Shown piece after piece: positions 11,856-24,008 of a stretch of 64,000 nt of DNA (positions are counted from its first letter, which is position 1; each line of letters opens with the position of its first letter). Location: contig JAUCBJ010001286.1 of NCBI GenBank assembly GCA_032718475.1, positions 1-64,000 of the forward strand. The letters are read 5' to 3'. The stretch is from Nemertoderma westbladi (taxonomy: Eukaryota > Animalia > Xenacoelomorpha). The notes under the pieces were generated by a model. It was not told where the DNA came from. It searched no databases and saw only the letters and a list, made by a program, of their open reading frames with translations. The position numbers and the translations under genes were made by a program.

Positions 11856-14789
11856 ATGTTGGTAGATACAGCTATGAAGACTTCGTTGTTGATAATTTTT
11901 GTAATAACGACGGCTTGCACTCGAGTTGGCGGGGTGGCGGTTGTTTCCATAGATATGGGTACCGAGTATATTAAATCAGCGATAGTAAAACCCGGCGTTC
12001 CTATGGAGATCGTCTTAAACGAGGAGTCCAAACGGAAAACCCCTGCAGTTGTTGTAATCAAGGAGGACGAGAGATTATTCGGCGATGCTGGGTTGGTAGC
12101 CTCAGTTAAACTCCCCAAGAACTCGTACAGCCATCTCCTCGATCTGATGGGTAAACGAATGGACAACCCGCTGGTACAGCGGTATAAAGAGATGTACCCC
12201 TACCATAAACTAATAGCGGACCCGATTAGGAACACTGTACTGTTCCAACACTGGGGAACCGATGAACGCTACAGCGTGGAGGAACTGTTCGCCATGATGT
12301 TGAACCACACCCGCCAGGTGGCGGAGGTCTTCGCAGAGGAACCAATTAGCAGCGCGGTGATAACGGTTCCGGCGTACTTCAACCAAGCGGAACGTCGTGC
12401 CGTTATGGAAGCGGCCGAACTTGTAAACCTCCGAGTTCTCCAACTCATATCGAGTTCGGCAGCCGTCGCCTTGAACTATGGCGTCTTCCGTCGCAGCGAA
12501 TTCAACGAATCCCCGCAGTATATGATGTTCTACGACATGGGAGCTGCGGCGACCACCGCCTACGTAGTCGAGTATAAACGCGCGCCGCATGTAGAGGGAG
12601 GCGTGAAGGACACCGTGCCACATCTGTTTATTCGCGGCACCGGATTCGATCGGACACTCGGAGGGTCTGAGTTCGATCGACGGATTCAAAAACTTCTCGT
12701 CGAGTTATTCCGCAAGTCGAAACGTCAGCCGTCGGTCGACGTTGCCGAGAGTCCGAAAGCGATGGCCAAGTTGCTGAAGGAGGCGAAGCGCGTCAAGCAG
12801 ATCCTGAGCGCAAACTCGGAGACTTTCGCGCAGATCGAGAATCTATTGGAGGACATCGATCTCCGGGTGAAGGTCTCCCGAGCGGACCTCGAGTCGGCGT
12901 CGGGCGACCTGTTCGCGCGGGTTGCCGGGCCGGTACGCGAGGCCTTGGCCGCGTCCGCCGTGACGCTGGCCGAGATCGAGGCGGTGGTGCTGGTGGGAGC
13001 CGGGACCCGGGTGCCCCGCGTGCAGGAGGAGCTGCTGCGAGCCGTCGGTAAGGAAGAGCTCGGCAGGGGGCTGAACACGGACGAGGCGGCCGCGCTCGGC
13101 GCCGTCTACCAAGCCGCGCATCTATCCAAACTGTTCCGAGTTAAACCGTTCGTTGTTAAAGAGGGCGCGGTTTACCCGCTGCAAGTCGAGTTCGATCGCT
13201 TGAAGGTCACCGAGGAAGGAGTCGAGGAAATTAAACCGGTTGTTCGAACACTTTGGGGGAGGAGCACTACCTACCCGGGGAAAAAAATAATGACATTCGC
13301 GCGGATGGCCAACGATTTTACCTTTTTCGTTAATTACGGCGATTTGGAGTCGATTGTCGACGATGTCGCCGCGTTCGGTTCGACCAAACTCGAGTCCGTC
13401 GGACTGTCCGGTGTTTCGGACGCCGTCGCGAGACATTCCGACGACAAGTCCGACTCGAAGGGGGTCAAAGCGCACTTCCGGTTGGACGAGAGCGGGTTGC
13501 TGCGGATCGACGAGGTCGAGAGTGTGTTCGAGGTGGAGCCGGTCGAGTCGCCAACCGCGTTCGAGCGTCTAGGGAGCACCATCAGTCGGTTGTTCTCGGG
13601 TTCGACGCCGGAGGGTGGCGACCTTACGAGTAACATAACTGAGAGTTCGGCTAACAGAACCATCGAGTTGCCGGTTCCGAAAGAGAATAAAACTGTGGAA
13701 GTTAACGGGACCGAAACGGATAATTCTACGGCACCGAAACCGGAAGCGAAGAAACCGAAACCAACGACGGTGAAGGAGCCGCTGACCTTCGTGTCGGAAA
13801 CGCGAGACATCCAGTCGACGGTAGCGGATGCGGTCAGACAGTCCAAAGCGAAACTGAAAGAATTAAAAGATAAAGACGAGAAGAGATTGGCGACCGCCAA
13901 GGCGAAGAACGATTTGGAGACGTTTCTGGTCGACACGCAGGATAAGTTAGAGCAGGAGGATTATATGTTGGTCTCCTCTGTAGAGGAGCGAGAGGCGATA
14001 TTGAGCGCGATTGGCGAGTCCAGGGACTGGCTGTATGAGGACAGTGATGGTGCCACCAGTAATGAGTTCAACACGAAGAAGAAGAACTTAACGACGTCCT
14101 GTAAAGATATATTCTTTAGGGTTTCTGAGAGGAAGTCGTGGCCGACGATGTTGGAGGAACTCGACAATTTGTTCAACGCTTCACAACATTTTCTCTCAGT
14201 TTCCCGTTCGTTGTCTCTAGATGACCCGGTCCTTCTTCCGGCCGAGTTGACTAAACTAGAGGAGTTACTCAACGAGACAATCGTCTGGAAGAATGACACC
14301 GTTAAGGAGCAGGAGTCCATGTCCCCGAAGGAAAGCCCCGTTCTGTTGTCAGCCGACATTTCTTCCAAGTTTACTATCATACAACGGGAGTTGGGCTATT
14401 TGTACAACAAAGTGAAAAATTATAAGCCAAAACCGAAACCCGAGCAATCGACCCCCAAAGATAAGCCGAAGGGCAACGCCACAGACGTTCCGGAGACAGT
14501 TGGGGAGGCCGATGTGGATGGAGACAAGGTGGTAGACCCCGATGCAGTCGATGATCTGCCTGGTAAAGATGTCGAGCCCTCTATAGACGAAGACGATAAA
14601 GTAGATGGTACTGCTGGTGGGAAGGTTGATACTGACGGTGGTGTTGGAGTTGACATTGATGAAGTTAAGGTTGATATTGATGACGTTAAGGTAGACAGTG
14701 GTGATGCAGATACCATTGATGATACTTTAGACATTTCCCCGACTATTTCCGATAAAACAACTGCGAAACACTCCGTTGATGATTTATAA
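11856..14789 (+). CDS. HYOU1: Hypoxia up-regulated protein 1 (GRP170/ORP150, ER-lumenal Hsp70/Hsp110 family), single coding exon
   Basis: 977-aa ORF (alternative ATG at 11874) with a signal peptide, SIDMGTEYIKSAIVKPGVPMEIVLNEESKRKTP, VITVPAYFNQAERRA, ALNYGVFRR, GFDRTLGG, NTDEAAALGAVYQAA and KGVKAHFRLDESGLL. Acidic tail ends VDDL. Confidence 0.95.
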   Translation: MLVDTAMKTSLLIIFVITTACTRVGGVAVVSIDMGTEYIKSAIVKPGVPMEIVLNEESKRKTPAVVVIKEDERLFGDAGLVASVKLPKNSYSHLLDLMGKRMDNPLVQRYKEMYPYHKLIADPIRNTVLFQHWGTDERYSVEELFAMMLNHTRQVAEVFAEEPISSAVITVPAYFNQAERRAVMEAAELVNLRVLQLISSSAAVALNYGVFRRSEFNESPQYMMFYDMGAAATTAYVVEYKRAPHVEGGVKDTVPHLFIRGTGFDRTLGGSEFDRRIQKLLVELFRKSKRQPSVDVAESPKAMAKLLKEAKRVKQILSANSETFAQIENLLEDIDLRVKVSRADLESASGDLFARVAGPVREALAASAVTLAEIEAVVLVGAGTRVPRVQEELLRAVGKEELGRGLNTDEAAALGAVYQAAHLSKLFRVKPFVVKEGAVYPLQVEFDRLKVTEEGVEEIKPVVRTLWGRSTTYPGKKIMTFARMANDFTFFVNYGDLESIVDDVAAFGSTKLESVGLSGVSDAVARHSDDKSDSKGVKAHFRLDESGLLRIDEVESVFEVEPVESPTAFERLGSTISRLFSGSTPEGGDLTSNITESSANRTIELPVPKENKTVEVNGTETDNSTAPKPEAKKPKPTTVKEPLTFVSETRDIQSTVADAVRQSKAKLKELKDKDEKRLATAKAKNDLETFLVDTQDKLEQEDYMLVSSVEEREAILSAIGESRDWLYEDSDGATSNEFNTKKKNLTTSCKDIFFRVSERKSWPTMLEELDNLFNASQHFLSVSRSLSLDDPVLLPAELTKLEELLNETIVWKNDTVKEQESMSPKESPVLLSADISSKFTIIQRELGYLYNKVKNYKPKPKPEQSTPKDKPKGNATDVPETVGEADVDGDKVVDPDAVDDLPGKDVEPSIDEDDKVDGTAGGKVDTDGGVGVDIDEVKVDIDDVKVDSGDADTIDDTLDISPTISDKTTAKHSVDDL

Positions 14790-15533
14790 CCAGCAAAGAA
14801 TATCTTTAGTGTGTTAATTTTTCTTCTTTTCACAACTGTAGAAGGTATTTGTTTTGTTTCAACTTGTTGCTTTGTAGAGGAAGATCTGGGTGGTCGCAAT
14901 AATTAATTGGAAATATAATTGGTGGCTGAAAGAATATTGTGCAATTAGCTCGTCTGGGGAATTATTGTACCAACTCGATGTTGTTTCGAACACACCGTTG
15001 GTTTTTTTTAATCATCTTAATACACAAACAATACCATTTTTGCAGTTAATGTTGTGCGTCTTGCGTTACTACAACTACACTAATACTAACTATCGCGTTT
15101 CAGTTGGAATATTAAGTAACATTTAACTTTTCTAGCAATGTATTTTTTCTGAACGGGTTGATATTAGCGAATAGAAGAGAAATTGAATCAACATTATTTT
15201 TTTATATATTTAGTATTTATTATATTTGTTTGTGTGTGTGTAGAGTGTGTGAGTTCATTGCTATGGTTAAAAGGTTTCACACGTTTTCATTTATTAAAGT
15301 GCTATTGTCTTTGGATCTCTTCTACTCACAAAATTATAACTCCTTCCTTTAATTGGTAAATTACTAATTTATTGTGTGTTACAATGAAAGCAACGGAAAT
15401 ATTAATTATTGTTTAATTGAATTAATCAAGCAAGTTAAGTATAAAACCTTACCTGTAGTAGGTGTGTGTGTACAGCAGAAAAAAATTAAAGCATTTTTGT
15501 TGCATTCAATCAGTTGACTCCAGTCATCTAATC

Positions 15534-15816
15534 GGCCCATGTGAAGGATACCAGACTTTCTACCGTTATATTTCACTTTGCAGTTACCCCCGCCCCATGT
15601 GAAGAATACCAAGTTTTCACCAAAAACATAGGTTACAGAAGGGCTGAATCTAACCAAAACAATAAACGAATTAGTATATGTACAGGTTATAAGACAGAAA
15701 TAAGCGCTATAAAACACTTAATAAAGATAAATTAAAAAAAATAAAAAATCTTCATATATAAAGTTCCAATAAAAAGTCGACCGAAAAGTGAAATCCTGGT
15801 ATTCCTCACATGGGCG
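15534..15816 (+). mobile_element. MITE with GGCCCATGTGAAGAATACCAG-type TIRs and 8-bp TSD (Merlin-like), copy 1
   Basis: TSD ATCTAATC at 15526-15533 and 15817-15824. Homologous to 41964-42241 and 43363-43613. Confidence 0.8.
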
Positions 15817-15842
15817 ATCTAATCGGTAGGAGAACACAGTCC

Positions 15843-16100
15843 TTGTCAAGAATACCAGGTGCTCACTTTCCGTTCGTCGTTTCATTGGAATTTGAAGAAT
15901 TTTTCTTTTTAATTTCTTCATGTAAAGTGTTTTAAAGCTATTATTATCTATCTTATAATAAATAACCTTTACAGATACTAATTCCTTTAAAATTTGTTTT
16001 GGTTAGATTCAGCCGTTCTGTAAACTGTGTTTTTAGTGAAAACCTGGTATTCTTGACATGCGAGTAAACAGCAAAGTGAAATATAAACGCAGAAGTATAC
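15843..16100 (-). mobile_element. Diverged, inverted relative of the same MITE family
   Basis: Contains TGTCAAGAATACCAGG, TTTTGGTTAGATTCAGCC and CCTGGTATTCTTGACATG, in opposite orientation to copy 1. Confidence 0.6.
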
Positions 16101-16689
16101 TAGTACTTCATATGGCCGAGAAAACACCCACTGACTGTTTTAGCTAGGCCCATTAGCAGTAAGACCGAGTATCGAGAAGGTGACCTTTTCGTCCGAAGTT
16201 TACGAGCTCGCATACCGAAGTCTTGAACGCGTTTATGTTTGGCATTAAATCCCCAAACTGCCTTCACATCCTTGCAACACCCAGTCCTGGACATACTTGT
16301 GTCTGGCGTCGTTTGTTCTCTTGACAAACTTTTAAGGGTTGTATTTTGCACACCATCCTACCAAATGCGTCAACACTGGGGAGTTTACAGGGCACGATCA
16401 GTGCATATTACTGCACAACAACAATACGAGGCACCACGACTGGCTGATGGACGTTACATTACAAGGCGCGCAGTTTTGCCCTTTCTGCTAAAGCTTGAAT
16501 TGTGCTGCATACAAACCCGTCCCTTCGATCAGCTGACTGCCCTCAATTACAGACCGATTACATTTAACATCTGCTGGTCGCTATTACCTTTTTCTTTGCT
16601 TTTACTGCTGTACATACCTTTTCTATCTTGATTAACAATTAAACTACATTTAATTATTTATTGTGTTTTATTACATCAGTTGGTTGTTT

Positions 16690-16919
16690 GTCCGTTTGGA
16701 AATAAATAAATTGGAGTTGAGCTGTTAATGCAACTGTAATTAAAGATGTAATATTATGGTTTTGTTCAGAAATGGAAAAAATGAGAAAGCGCGTCACCGG
16801 ACTGCCTGTTCAATAGAAGTGGATTAGGTGGGATAGTGAATGTCAGGGACAAGTGGCTGAACTGGTTAGCGCTACTGATGAGGCCTGATAGGCTGAAACG
16901 TCCGTTTGGAAATCAATAA
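16690..16919 (+). ncRNA. Minimal type I hammerhead-ribozyme-like motif in a 210-bp unit bounded by a 20-bp direct repeat (retrozyme/Penelope-LTR-like), probably degenerate
   Basis: CTGATGA-GGCCT-GAT-AGGCT-GAAAC-GTC at 16875-16902. GTCCGTTTGGAAATMAATAA at 16690 and 16900. Related inverted fragment at ~20096-20143. Stem I is imperfect. Confidence 0.55.
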
Positions 16920-17439
16920 GCTCTTGCAATAATTATATATTATTATTATAATTATTATTTATGATTTATTAGATAATTTATTCCGAAATTTGTAACATTA
17001 CTTAACGCTAACGCCATTTTTTCTTTACAGCGAGTTAATATTATGCAGCAAAATATAAGTTTAGAGGAAAATCACATTACAGCGCTGTACAATGTACTGT
17101 ACCGGTACACGCAAGTAGCCTAGAGAACTTAGCCAGAGTCATATGGGACAATCTTAATAATGTTTACCTCTCAAATATTGTTAACATTAATTTTTTAATT
17201 AATTTAAGTTTATTAGCTATATCGGTTTAACATGGAATGGACATTTAGCATTAACATGGATTTTTTTTTTAATTGGTACCAAACTTTTCAATTTTAATGC
17301 TCGATCTATTCATAAATAATTATAAAATATGTTGAATTCCACGAACCCACTTCTTATGTTTCCACATTTCACGCGCATATAGTCATTATATTTCAAGGTT
17401 TTTTTTCCATCAACAGTCGTTTCGAAATGGAGTTTTGGA

Positions 17440-18790
17440 GTACAACTACATTCACATTTCGTTGCAATACTTTATACAGTGTGATGATCCGAGTGGCTTT
17501 GTTACACGAACGAATGTTAGTGAGTGAATGAAAATAAAGCCACGAGGATCAGAACACTGTAAAGTACTTTGCAACAAGTATGTATGTAGTTTTATTCCAA
17601 AATTGTAACAATACGTACATACAATATACATACATTATACATGTACATACAATATATTATAAGTGATAGAAACTGCACAAATTGAACTAGTTGCTGTATA
17701 AATAAATGTAAAAATGACTTAAATTATGTTATAAAAAAGTTAGCTTATATTTATGGCGACGTATGGAGCCATGTTAATAGTTTATAGCTACTGGTTATTA
17801 ATAGATAGCGTTAGCGCGGAGCCAAGACCGAATTCATGACCTTTAATGTTGATGGAAACTTGACCACCATTGATAATAATCAACTATGGAAGGTTGACGA
17901 CTTCCATTACCTAGGATCATGGATAGAGAGTAGTAAAAAGGACATAGAAGTTAGGAAAGCAAAGGCTTGGGTAGCTCTATCAAAAATGGATACCATCTAG
18001 AAATCAGATCTCCCCAGGCACCTGAAGACTAAGTTCTTTCGAGCCACAGTGGAAAGTTTTTTATACGGGGTGAGACCTGGACACTGACTAAATCACTTGA
18101 ACAACGAATTGATGGTTGCTACACAAGACTACTAAGGGCAGCCCTAAACATCAGCTGGAGACAACACATGACATTCGCCGAGCTTTATGGTACAATACCA
18201 CCTGTATCAACCACCCTCCGTGAACGCAGATTAAGATTCAGTGGGCACTGCTGGCGAAGTAAAGACGAGGTCATACCAGATCTACTTTTCTGGCAACCAA
18301 CTCATGGAAAGCGTAGTCGTGGACGACCGGCCATAACATATATAGATCAACTTGAAAGGGATACTGAACTTGGGAGAAATGAAATTGCGACAACTATGGA
18401 GAATCGGGAAGCCTGGAAGGATCTCATTTCCACTGTCCGAGTTCGCTCGACCTAGTAGTAGTAGTTAGCGCGGTAGGTAATACAGTATGCCTACCTGGCT
18501 GTTAGGCAATTAATAATAAATACAAATTAATGTTTATGTGGTAACCATGGCGATCCCAAGTTTCAGGTTCACTTGCTTTGAACTACAACATAATAATAGT
18601 ATATCACTAAATGTACAGGCTGTCATGTCCTCTAAAGATGTAAAGTGCTAAATAACAACTCGCTGTTAATACTAACGGCATTGAGTAATGTTACAATTTT
18701 GAAATAAAGTACTTTACATTGTTGTGATCCTCGTAGCTTTATTTTCACTCACTACTTCCGTTCATGTAACAGATCAGCACACACCAAAGT
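17440..18790. mobile_element. Element with long terminal hairpin and an inverted partial copy at the other end; hosts an RTE insertion
   Basis: ~150-bp imperfect hairpin at ~17445-17590. ~18685-18770 is the reverse complement of parts of ~17500-17615. Confidence 0.45.
17820..18463 (+). mobile_element. 5'-truncated RTE LINE (family A) with (TAG)n tail and 10-bp TSD
   Basis: Encodes VDDFHYLGSWI and RRLRFSGHCWR...WQPTHGKRSRGRP...VRST*. TAGTAGTAG tail. TSD GTTAGCGCGG at 17810-17819 and 18464-18473. Confidence 0.88.
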
Positions 18791-20609
18791 GCTACCTTAA
18801 ACACCAATGTGCAAATTACTTCGTCTAGATGGTATCAACTGGTGAACTCACGGTCAGACGTCTGGGAAGCTTTTGTTTTTTGTTCCCTACAGTAAGTAGA
18901 TATTAACTTTATGTTTATAGTTTATGTCATTGGACTACAGAGCATAATATACCAGTAATCGGTTTATCGCTATTAACTATTAAATAACTTCGTCCCGGTT
19001 AACACATAAACGATGAGCCTCAGACTTGGCAATGTCTGTCTATTTGGATAGTGTGGAGCGTTTAGAAAGTTGAAAAAACCGCGATATTATATTTGTATTC
19101 TCTGGCTTTAAGGGTTGTGGTTTCGAGCCCCGTAAGGATATCTTTCATGTTTTTTTAATTGGCGAATAAGACTTTGATTTACTTTTATTACTGTACTAGC
19201 ACCTCCGTTTTTTACCTTACCTGACAGCCTGAGCGAAAGAGTCCATAATTAGCAAAACTTTATCTATCAACCTACTACATTAAGTACATACACTTTCCAT
19301 CTCTCCAATTTATGGTTTAGTACAACCATATATGTCGTAATCGTATTCCATTACCTCACTACCTGCTCTGTCGCACATTCTGGGCTCTTATGAAGGTGTG
19401 GCTCCTGTGTTTCATATTGAATTCTGTGTAAGTCCTACTCAGCCAGCGGTATTAGTTCCGAATTGTCTACCGGTAATGAATACGATTATTGGGTGTTTTA
19501 AAGTACTTTCAGTTGATTGAATCGTAGGCCTACAGATCTCTGATCAGTCAATCAGATAGCTAGCTACATTGTAAATACGAATTCCTGGAGTATAAATTGT
19601 AGGCCTACCACTACGGTAGGTATTTGCAGATAAACTACTGATTTGAACATCCTGTATCTGCAGTAGACTTGAGTATAATGCAAAACAGACACAGGATTGT
19701 CTGACGGCTTTAGATCTTTAGAAGCGACAAACGGCATCTGCTATCAAACTACCGGTACCGTACTGCCGTAAGGAAAGCGTGCTTAAAATTATTTTTAAAG
19801 TACAGTAGCAGAGTACTGTAGAGTAGTAGCTATAAGCTGCTATCAGATAATTTAATAGTCTGGCGGCTGGGCGATTATCATTGTAGATTTTCCGGAAACG
19901 TTCCGGTACCACAATCTTGCAAATCGAGGTCGCAAGATGGAGGAGTAAGCCTAAGGGGCAAGTGGCTGATGTGTTCAGTCTGACTGCCTGATAGACCAAA
20001 ACGTACGTATACACCCTAGCGCTTAAACCCGGGTTAAGCCTTCTTCATTTTTTCCGCTTCTGAGCAGAACCGTATTATTACCGGTAGGGCCTACCTACAT
20101 CAATAATTACAGTTGCATTAACAGCTCAACTCCAATTCATTTAACGTGAGGGGTTTGGGGGGGGGGGGGGGTCGGGGTCGGTACTGGCTTAGAAGTCAAC
20201 ATTTTGAAATGCTTACTGCGCCAAAAAGCGAATAAGTAGATAAAAAAGTGTAAGATACATTTTTGGGCGGACTATGCCTATATTGGTATATATTTCTATA
20301 TTTGGTGTCATCATATCCTCCCATTCATTATTTCATTATTTTACTGTGAATTGTAATAATTGTATACTTCTGTACCGTAAACTTGATTATACATTATACT
20401 TGTGATTGTGACCTACATACTGTAGTCGAGTCATGTTTGTTTAGTTTAAGAAGATATAATTTGTTTCTATTAGTGTTTCTATTATTGTTTCTATAGTGTT
20501 TTGGTGTAATAAAAAACATAAACTTCAACTTATTGAATTGTAATATTTAAAAAAAATTCATTTTTGACGCCCCTTAGCGGCCAGAGTCAAAATTTAAATT
20601 TTGACTTAA

Positions 20610-22722
20610 AAATGCATCTCCTTTGTTATGCTTTACGAATTTTTAAAGGAAAACAGACGTCTTTCTGACCAACAGTATGGGTTTCTTAAAGGACGCTCAT
20701 GTACACTGCAACTACTGGATGCCATATTTAACTGGTATAAGGTCCTTGATGACCGACAATGTATTGACGTTGCCTTTTTAGACTTTCGTAAAGCGTTTGA
20801 TTCTGTCCCACATCAACGTCTACTCCTCAAATTGAAGTCATTGGGGATAGCTGGCAACCTTTTGAAGTGGATTAGTTCGTTTTTATCTGGTAGATACCAA
20901 CGAGTAGTAATTGGTGGTGAACATTCAACATGGCTATCAGTTGATAGTGGGGTTCCCCAAGGAAGTGTCGATGGGGTACTATTTTTCTTGGGATTTGTAG
21001 ATGACATTCCTGCACTCCTAGGGCATTTGGCATACTTGTTTGCTGATGACTTAAAAGACTCTGCTGTAGTGGATCCCTCTATTAAACTCTCCGTGGGACC
21101 CCTGCAAAGTGATCTAGATATTTTGGATTGGTGGAGCAAGACCTGGCAATTATTATTTAATCATAAGAAATGCAAGGTAATGCATATTGGTCGCTCTAAC
21201 CCCAGGTACACTTACACCCTCGGGTCACACACACTGGAGACAACCGAAACAGAGAAAGACTTGGGTGTGAACTTAGATGATTCTCTCCAGTTCTCATTGC
21301 ACATAGCCACTATCGTGAAGAAGGCAAATAAGGTTCTGGGGCTAGTATATAGAAGCTTTAATCACCTCAATGAAGACATGTTCATTAGTCTCTATAAGTC
21401 ACTTGTCCGTCCTTGTGTGGAATACGCATCTCCAGTTTGGTCACCCAGCCATGTAGGAGAAAGCCGCCTACTTGAGTCTGTCCAACGTCGGGCTACCCGT
21501 TTGGTAGCGGGCCTTCGTGACCTTCCATATCCGGAGCGACTGCGTCGCTTGGGACTACCTACTCTGGAATACCGACGTTCTCGCGCGGACCTTATTCAAT
21601 TATATCGCATGCTAACGGGTGTTGATGCTGTCGATTGGCAGAGTTTCTTCTCCTTATCGTCAACTGTCTGTCGCGGTAACTCTTTAAAACTCACCAAACC
21701 GACCGTCCGTCTGAAAATCCGGGCCGATTCGTTCCACTTCCGAGTCATATCTCCCTGGAATGCTCTTCCTGATGTGGTTGTTACTTCCCCAAGTGTGAAT
21801 ATATTCAAATCGAACTTAAATGACCATTACAACTCTGCTACTAAGTTCTACCCATCCTGGTGGAATTAATCTAATCTAATCCACTTGTTCACATAATCTA
21901 TCTAACTCATAATTACTGTAAATCTTATTTTGCCGTATATTTTATTAATCTTATTTTAACTTCAGTTTTTTTTTACCGCTTTTTATTTTTATTGAATTTC
22001 TACCGTTTTACTTTACTACTTATTTTATTTAATTTTCCCATTGGTTAAAAATTGTATATCGTATTTCCCCAGTTGCCCTATTTTTACTCACATGCTATGC
22101 AATCTGTTATGCATTAATCTTTTATCTTCATGTATTTGTATCGTTTTACTATTGTACTGTATCTGTTTTATTTAATTATCCATTCTCAGTTGTTTTTCTT
22201 ACCTTTTTTTTAATGAATTTGTACTGTTTTACTTTACTTTTGTAGGCCTACCTAATTTATTTTATTTTCCAGTAGTTATACAATGTATGTATATCGATCG
22301 TATTGTTATGCTGTCACACATTCCGGAATCACAGTTCTCTGTTGTTCTATTTTACTCACATGTTGTGCAATCCCACTTTAATTATTATCTACCACTGCGT
22401 TGTACATTATATAGCCAATAATCTTATTCTGTTAACACCGTATAGATTACTTTTATGCCATTAATTTTTATTTATTTTATCTAGATAGTCCACGTGATAT
22501 ATAAACTTTTATTTACTTTGCGCCATTTTATTGTATTATGGAGACATGCCGTAAATGCTAAATGTATGTTGCATTCTACCTTATTGTGTGGTTTAAATGT
22601 TTTGAGTAATTTTTATATTTTTAAAGTTTAATTTCCGCGTACATATCGTGATTTATGGGACCCTATAAGTTCTCAACTTTCTTGTTCCTGTAACTTTTAA
22701 TAATAATAATAATAATAATAAT
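20610..22722 (+). mobile_element. 5'-truncated CR1-group LINE with ~850-bp T-rich 3' UTR and (TAA)n tail
   Basis: RT ORF followed by an AT-rich UTR ending in TAATAATAA... at ~22698-22722. Confidence 0.8.
20628..21869 (+). CDS. Reverse transcriptase (C-terminal part of CR1-like ORF2)
   Basis: QYGFLKGRSC, FLDFRKAFDSVPH, SGVPQGSV, FADD, EKDLGV, LYKSLVRPCVEYASPVWSP, LESVQRRATR and RVISPWNALP, with no internal stops. Confidence 0.9.
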   Translation: MLYEFLKENRRLSDQQYGFLKGRSCTLQLLDAIFNWYKVLDDRQCIDVAFLDFRKAFDSVPHQRLLLKLKSLGIAGNLLKWISSFLSGRYQRVVIGGEHSTWLSVDSGVPQGSVDGVLFFLGFVDDIPALLGHLAYLFADDLKDSAVVDPSIKLSVGPLQSDLDILDWWSKTWQLLFNHKKCKVMHIGRSNPRYTYTLGSHTLETTETEKDLGVNLDDSLQFSLHIATIVKKANKVLGLVYRSFNHLNEDMFISLYKSLVRPCVEYASPVWSPSHVGESRLLESVQRRATRLVAGLRDLPYPERLRRLGLPTLEYRRSRADLIQLYRMLTGVDAVDWQSFFSLSSTVCRGNSLKLTKPTVRLKIRADSFHFRVISPWNALPDVVVTSPSVNIFKSNLNDHYNSATKFYPSWWN

Positions 22723-24008
22723 ATTTTCAGAAGTTGTAACCTGCTTTTTGGAATCAGCATGGCCGATTACGTGAAAAAAATCGAGCAGAATTTTTGTGCC
22801 GTACTTTTATAGGAAAATAGGCCTACCGCTATTTTTCAAAATATTTTTCAAAAAAACAACTGTTTTTTTTCGTAGAAAATGTTATTATAGATGAACAATG
22901 CAAAACTAAAAAACTGCTCGAATTTTTTTATTGCGCACACTACTATGTAGCTTTCAGTTGATACCAAAAACTTACAAATTGGTTGAAAAATGGCGACGGA
23001 GATGTGTTTTAAAAATGAAAAAATACAATTCCGAGATAATTGCCTTTAAGTTTGAACCTTCCCACACAAAATCTGTCTGTTAATATGTGTGAATGTCTGT
23101 CAATATATATATATAGCAACACGAGGCCACAAAACAATGCTAAGATTTTTGCTATGGCGGTTTTGCTGGTCGCCGATTTCATTTCTGAGGTCAGATTTCA
23201 CTTTTAATGAAAACTAGGTAGTCTGTTTGTCTGTCTGTCGGTCTTTCTGGCAATCCGTCAATCTGTCCGTCAAATATAAGAAAAGGGTACACCATTTAGC
23301 TAAACGTATAGTTATATGGGTTTTCCTGGTCGCATAATTAATTTCAAGTGTCAGATTTACCATTTGATGACTACCAAATTGTCTGTTTGACTATTAGGCT
23401 GTCGGTTATATTTTGACGGACAGACTGACAGGCATACGGACAGAAAAGACGAGGCGAAATTTAAATACGGATAGGCCTATCAGAAATGAAGTCACGGACC
23501 GAGAAAACCAATTTAGGAAATTTGTTAGACAAGTACTGTAGTACAGTATGTTTTATATTGTTTTGTAGACATTCTGACGGACAGGCCGACAGTAAACAGA
23601 CAGACAGACAAATCTTTATTTATAATATATAATTTATAATAATTATATTAAAATATTTATTTATTTTATTTTTACAACAAAGGTTACGCAGGTTACTGCG
23701 ATATTATAATATATTTCTTCAGGACCTGGATAAGCCTACCATTTGTGTTTTTGTATCATTATTAGTATTCAAATATAAATCAAAACTTGTAGGCCCACCA
23801 TTTCCTCACGATGTCGATAATATGTCAATGTGTAATATTAGGCCTATTTATTTATATATTTACAATTAGTCATTATTTTCATTTGTAGGTCTAACATTAC
23901 TTCACTGAAAGTGTTCTGAAATATTATTGTGGTAATCTTTACCAATTCATCTGAGTGATATTATATAACTTTGCAATATATAAACTGCAGCCATATTATT
24001 CGAATAGC

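Noticed and set aside
11831-14899. Several antisense ORFs over HYOU1
   Set aside because: Shadow ORFs from GC-rich codon usage, a common feature of Hsp70-family genes. No recognisable domains.
16100-16631. Short ORFs in a GC-richer patch (possible transposase remnant)
   Set aside because: No motif I can recognise in any frame.
19100-19145. tRNA B-box-like GGTTTCGAGCCCC
   Set aside because: No clear A box or cloverleaf.
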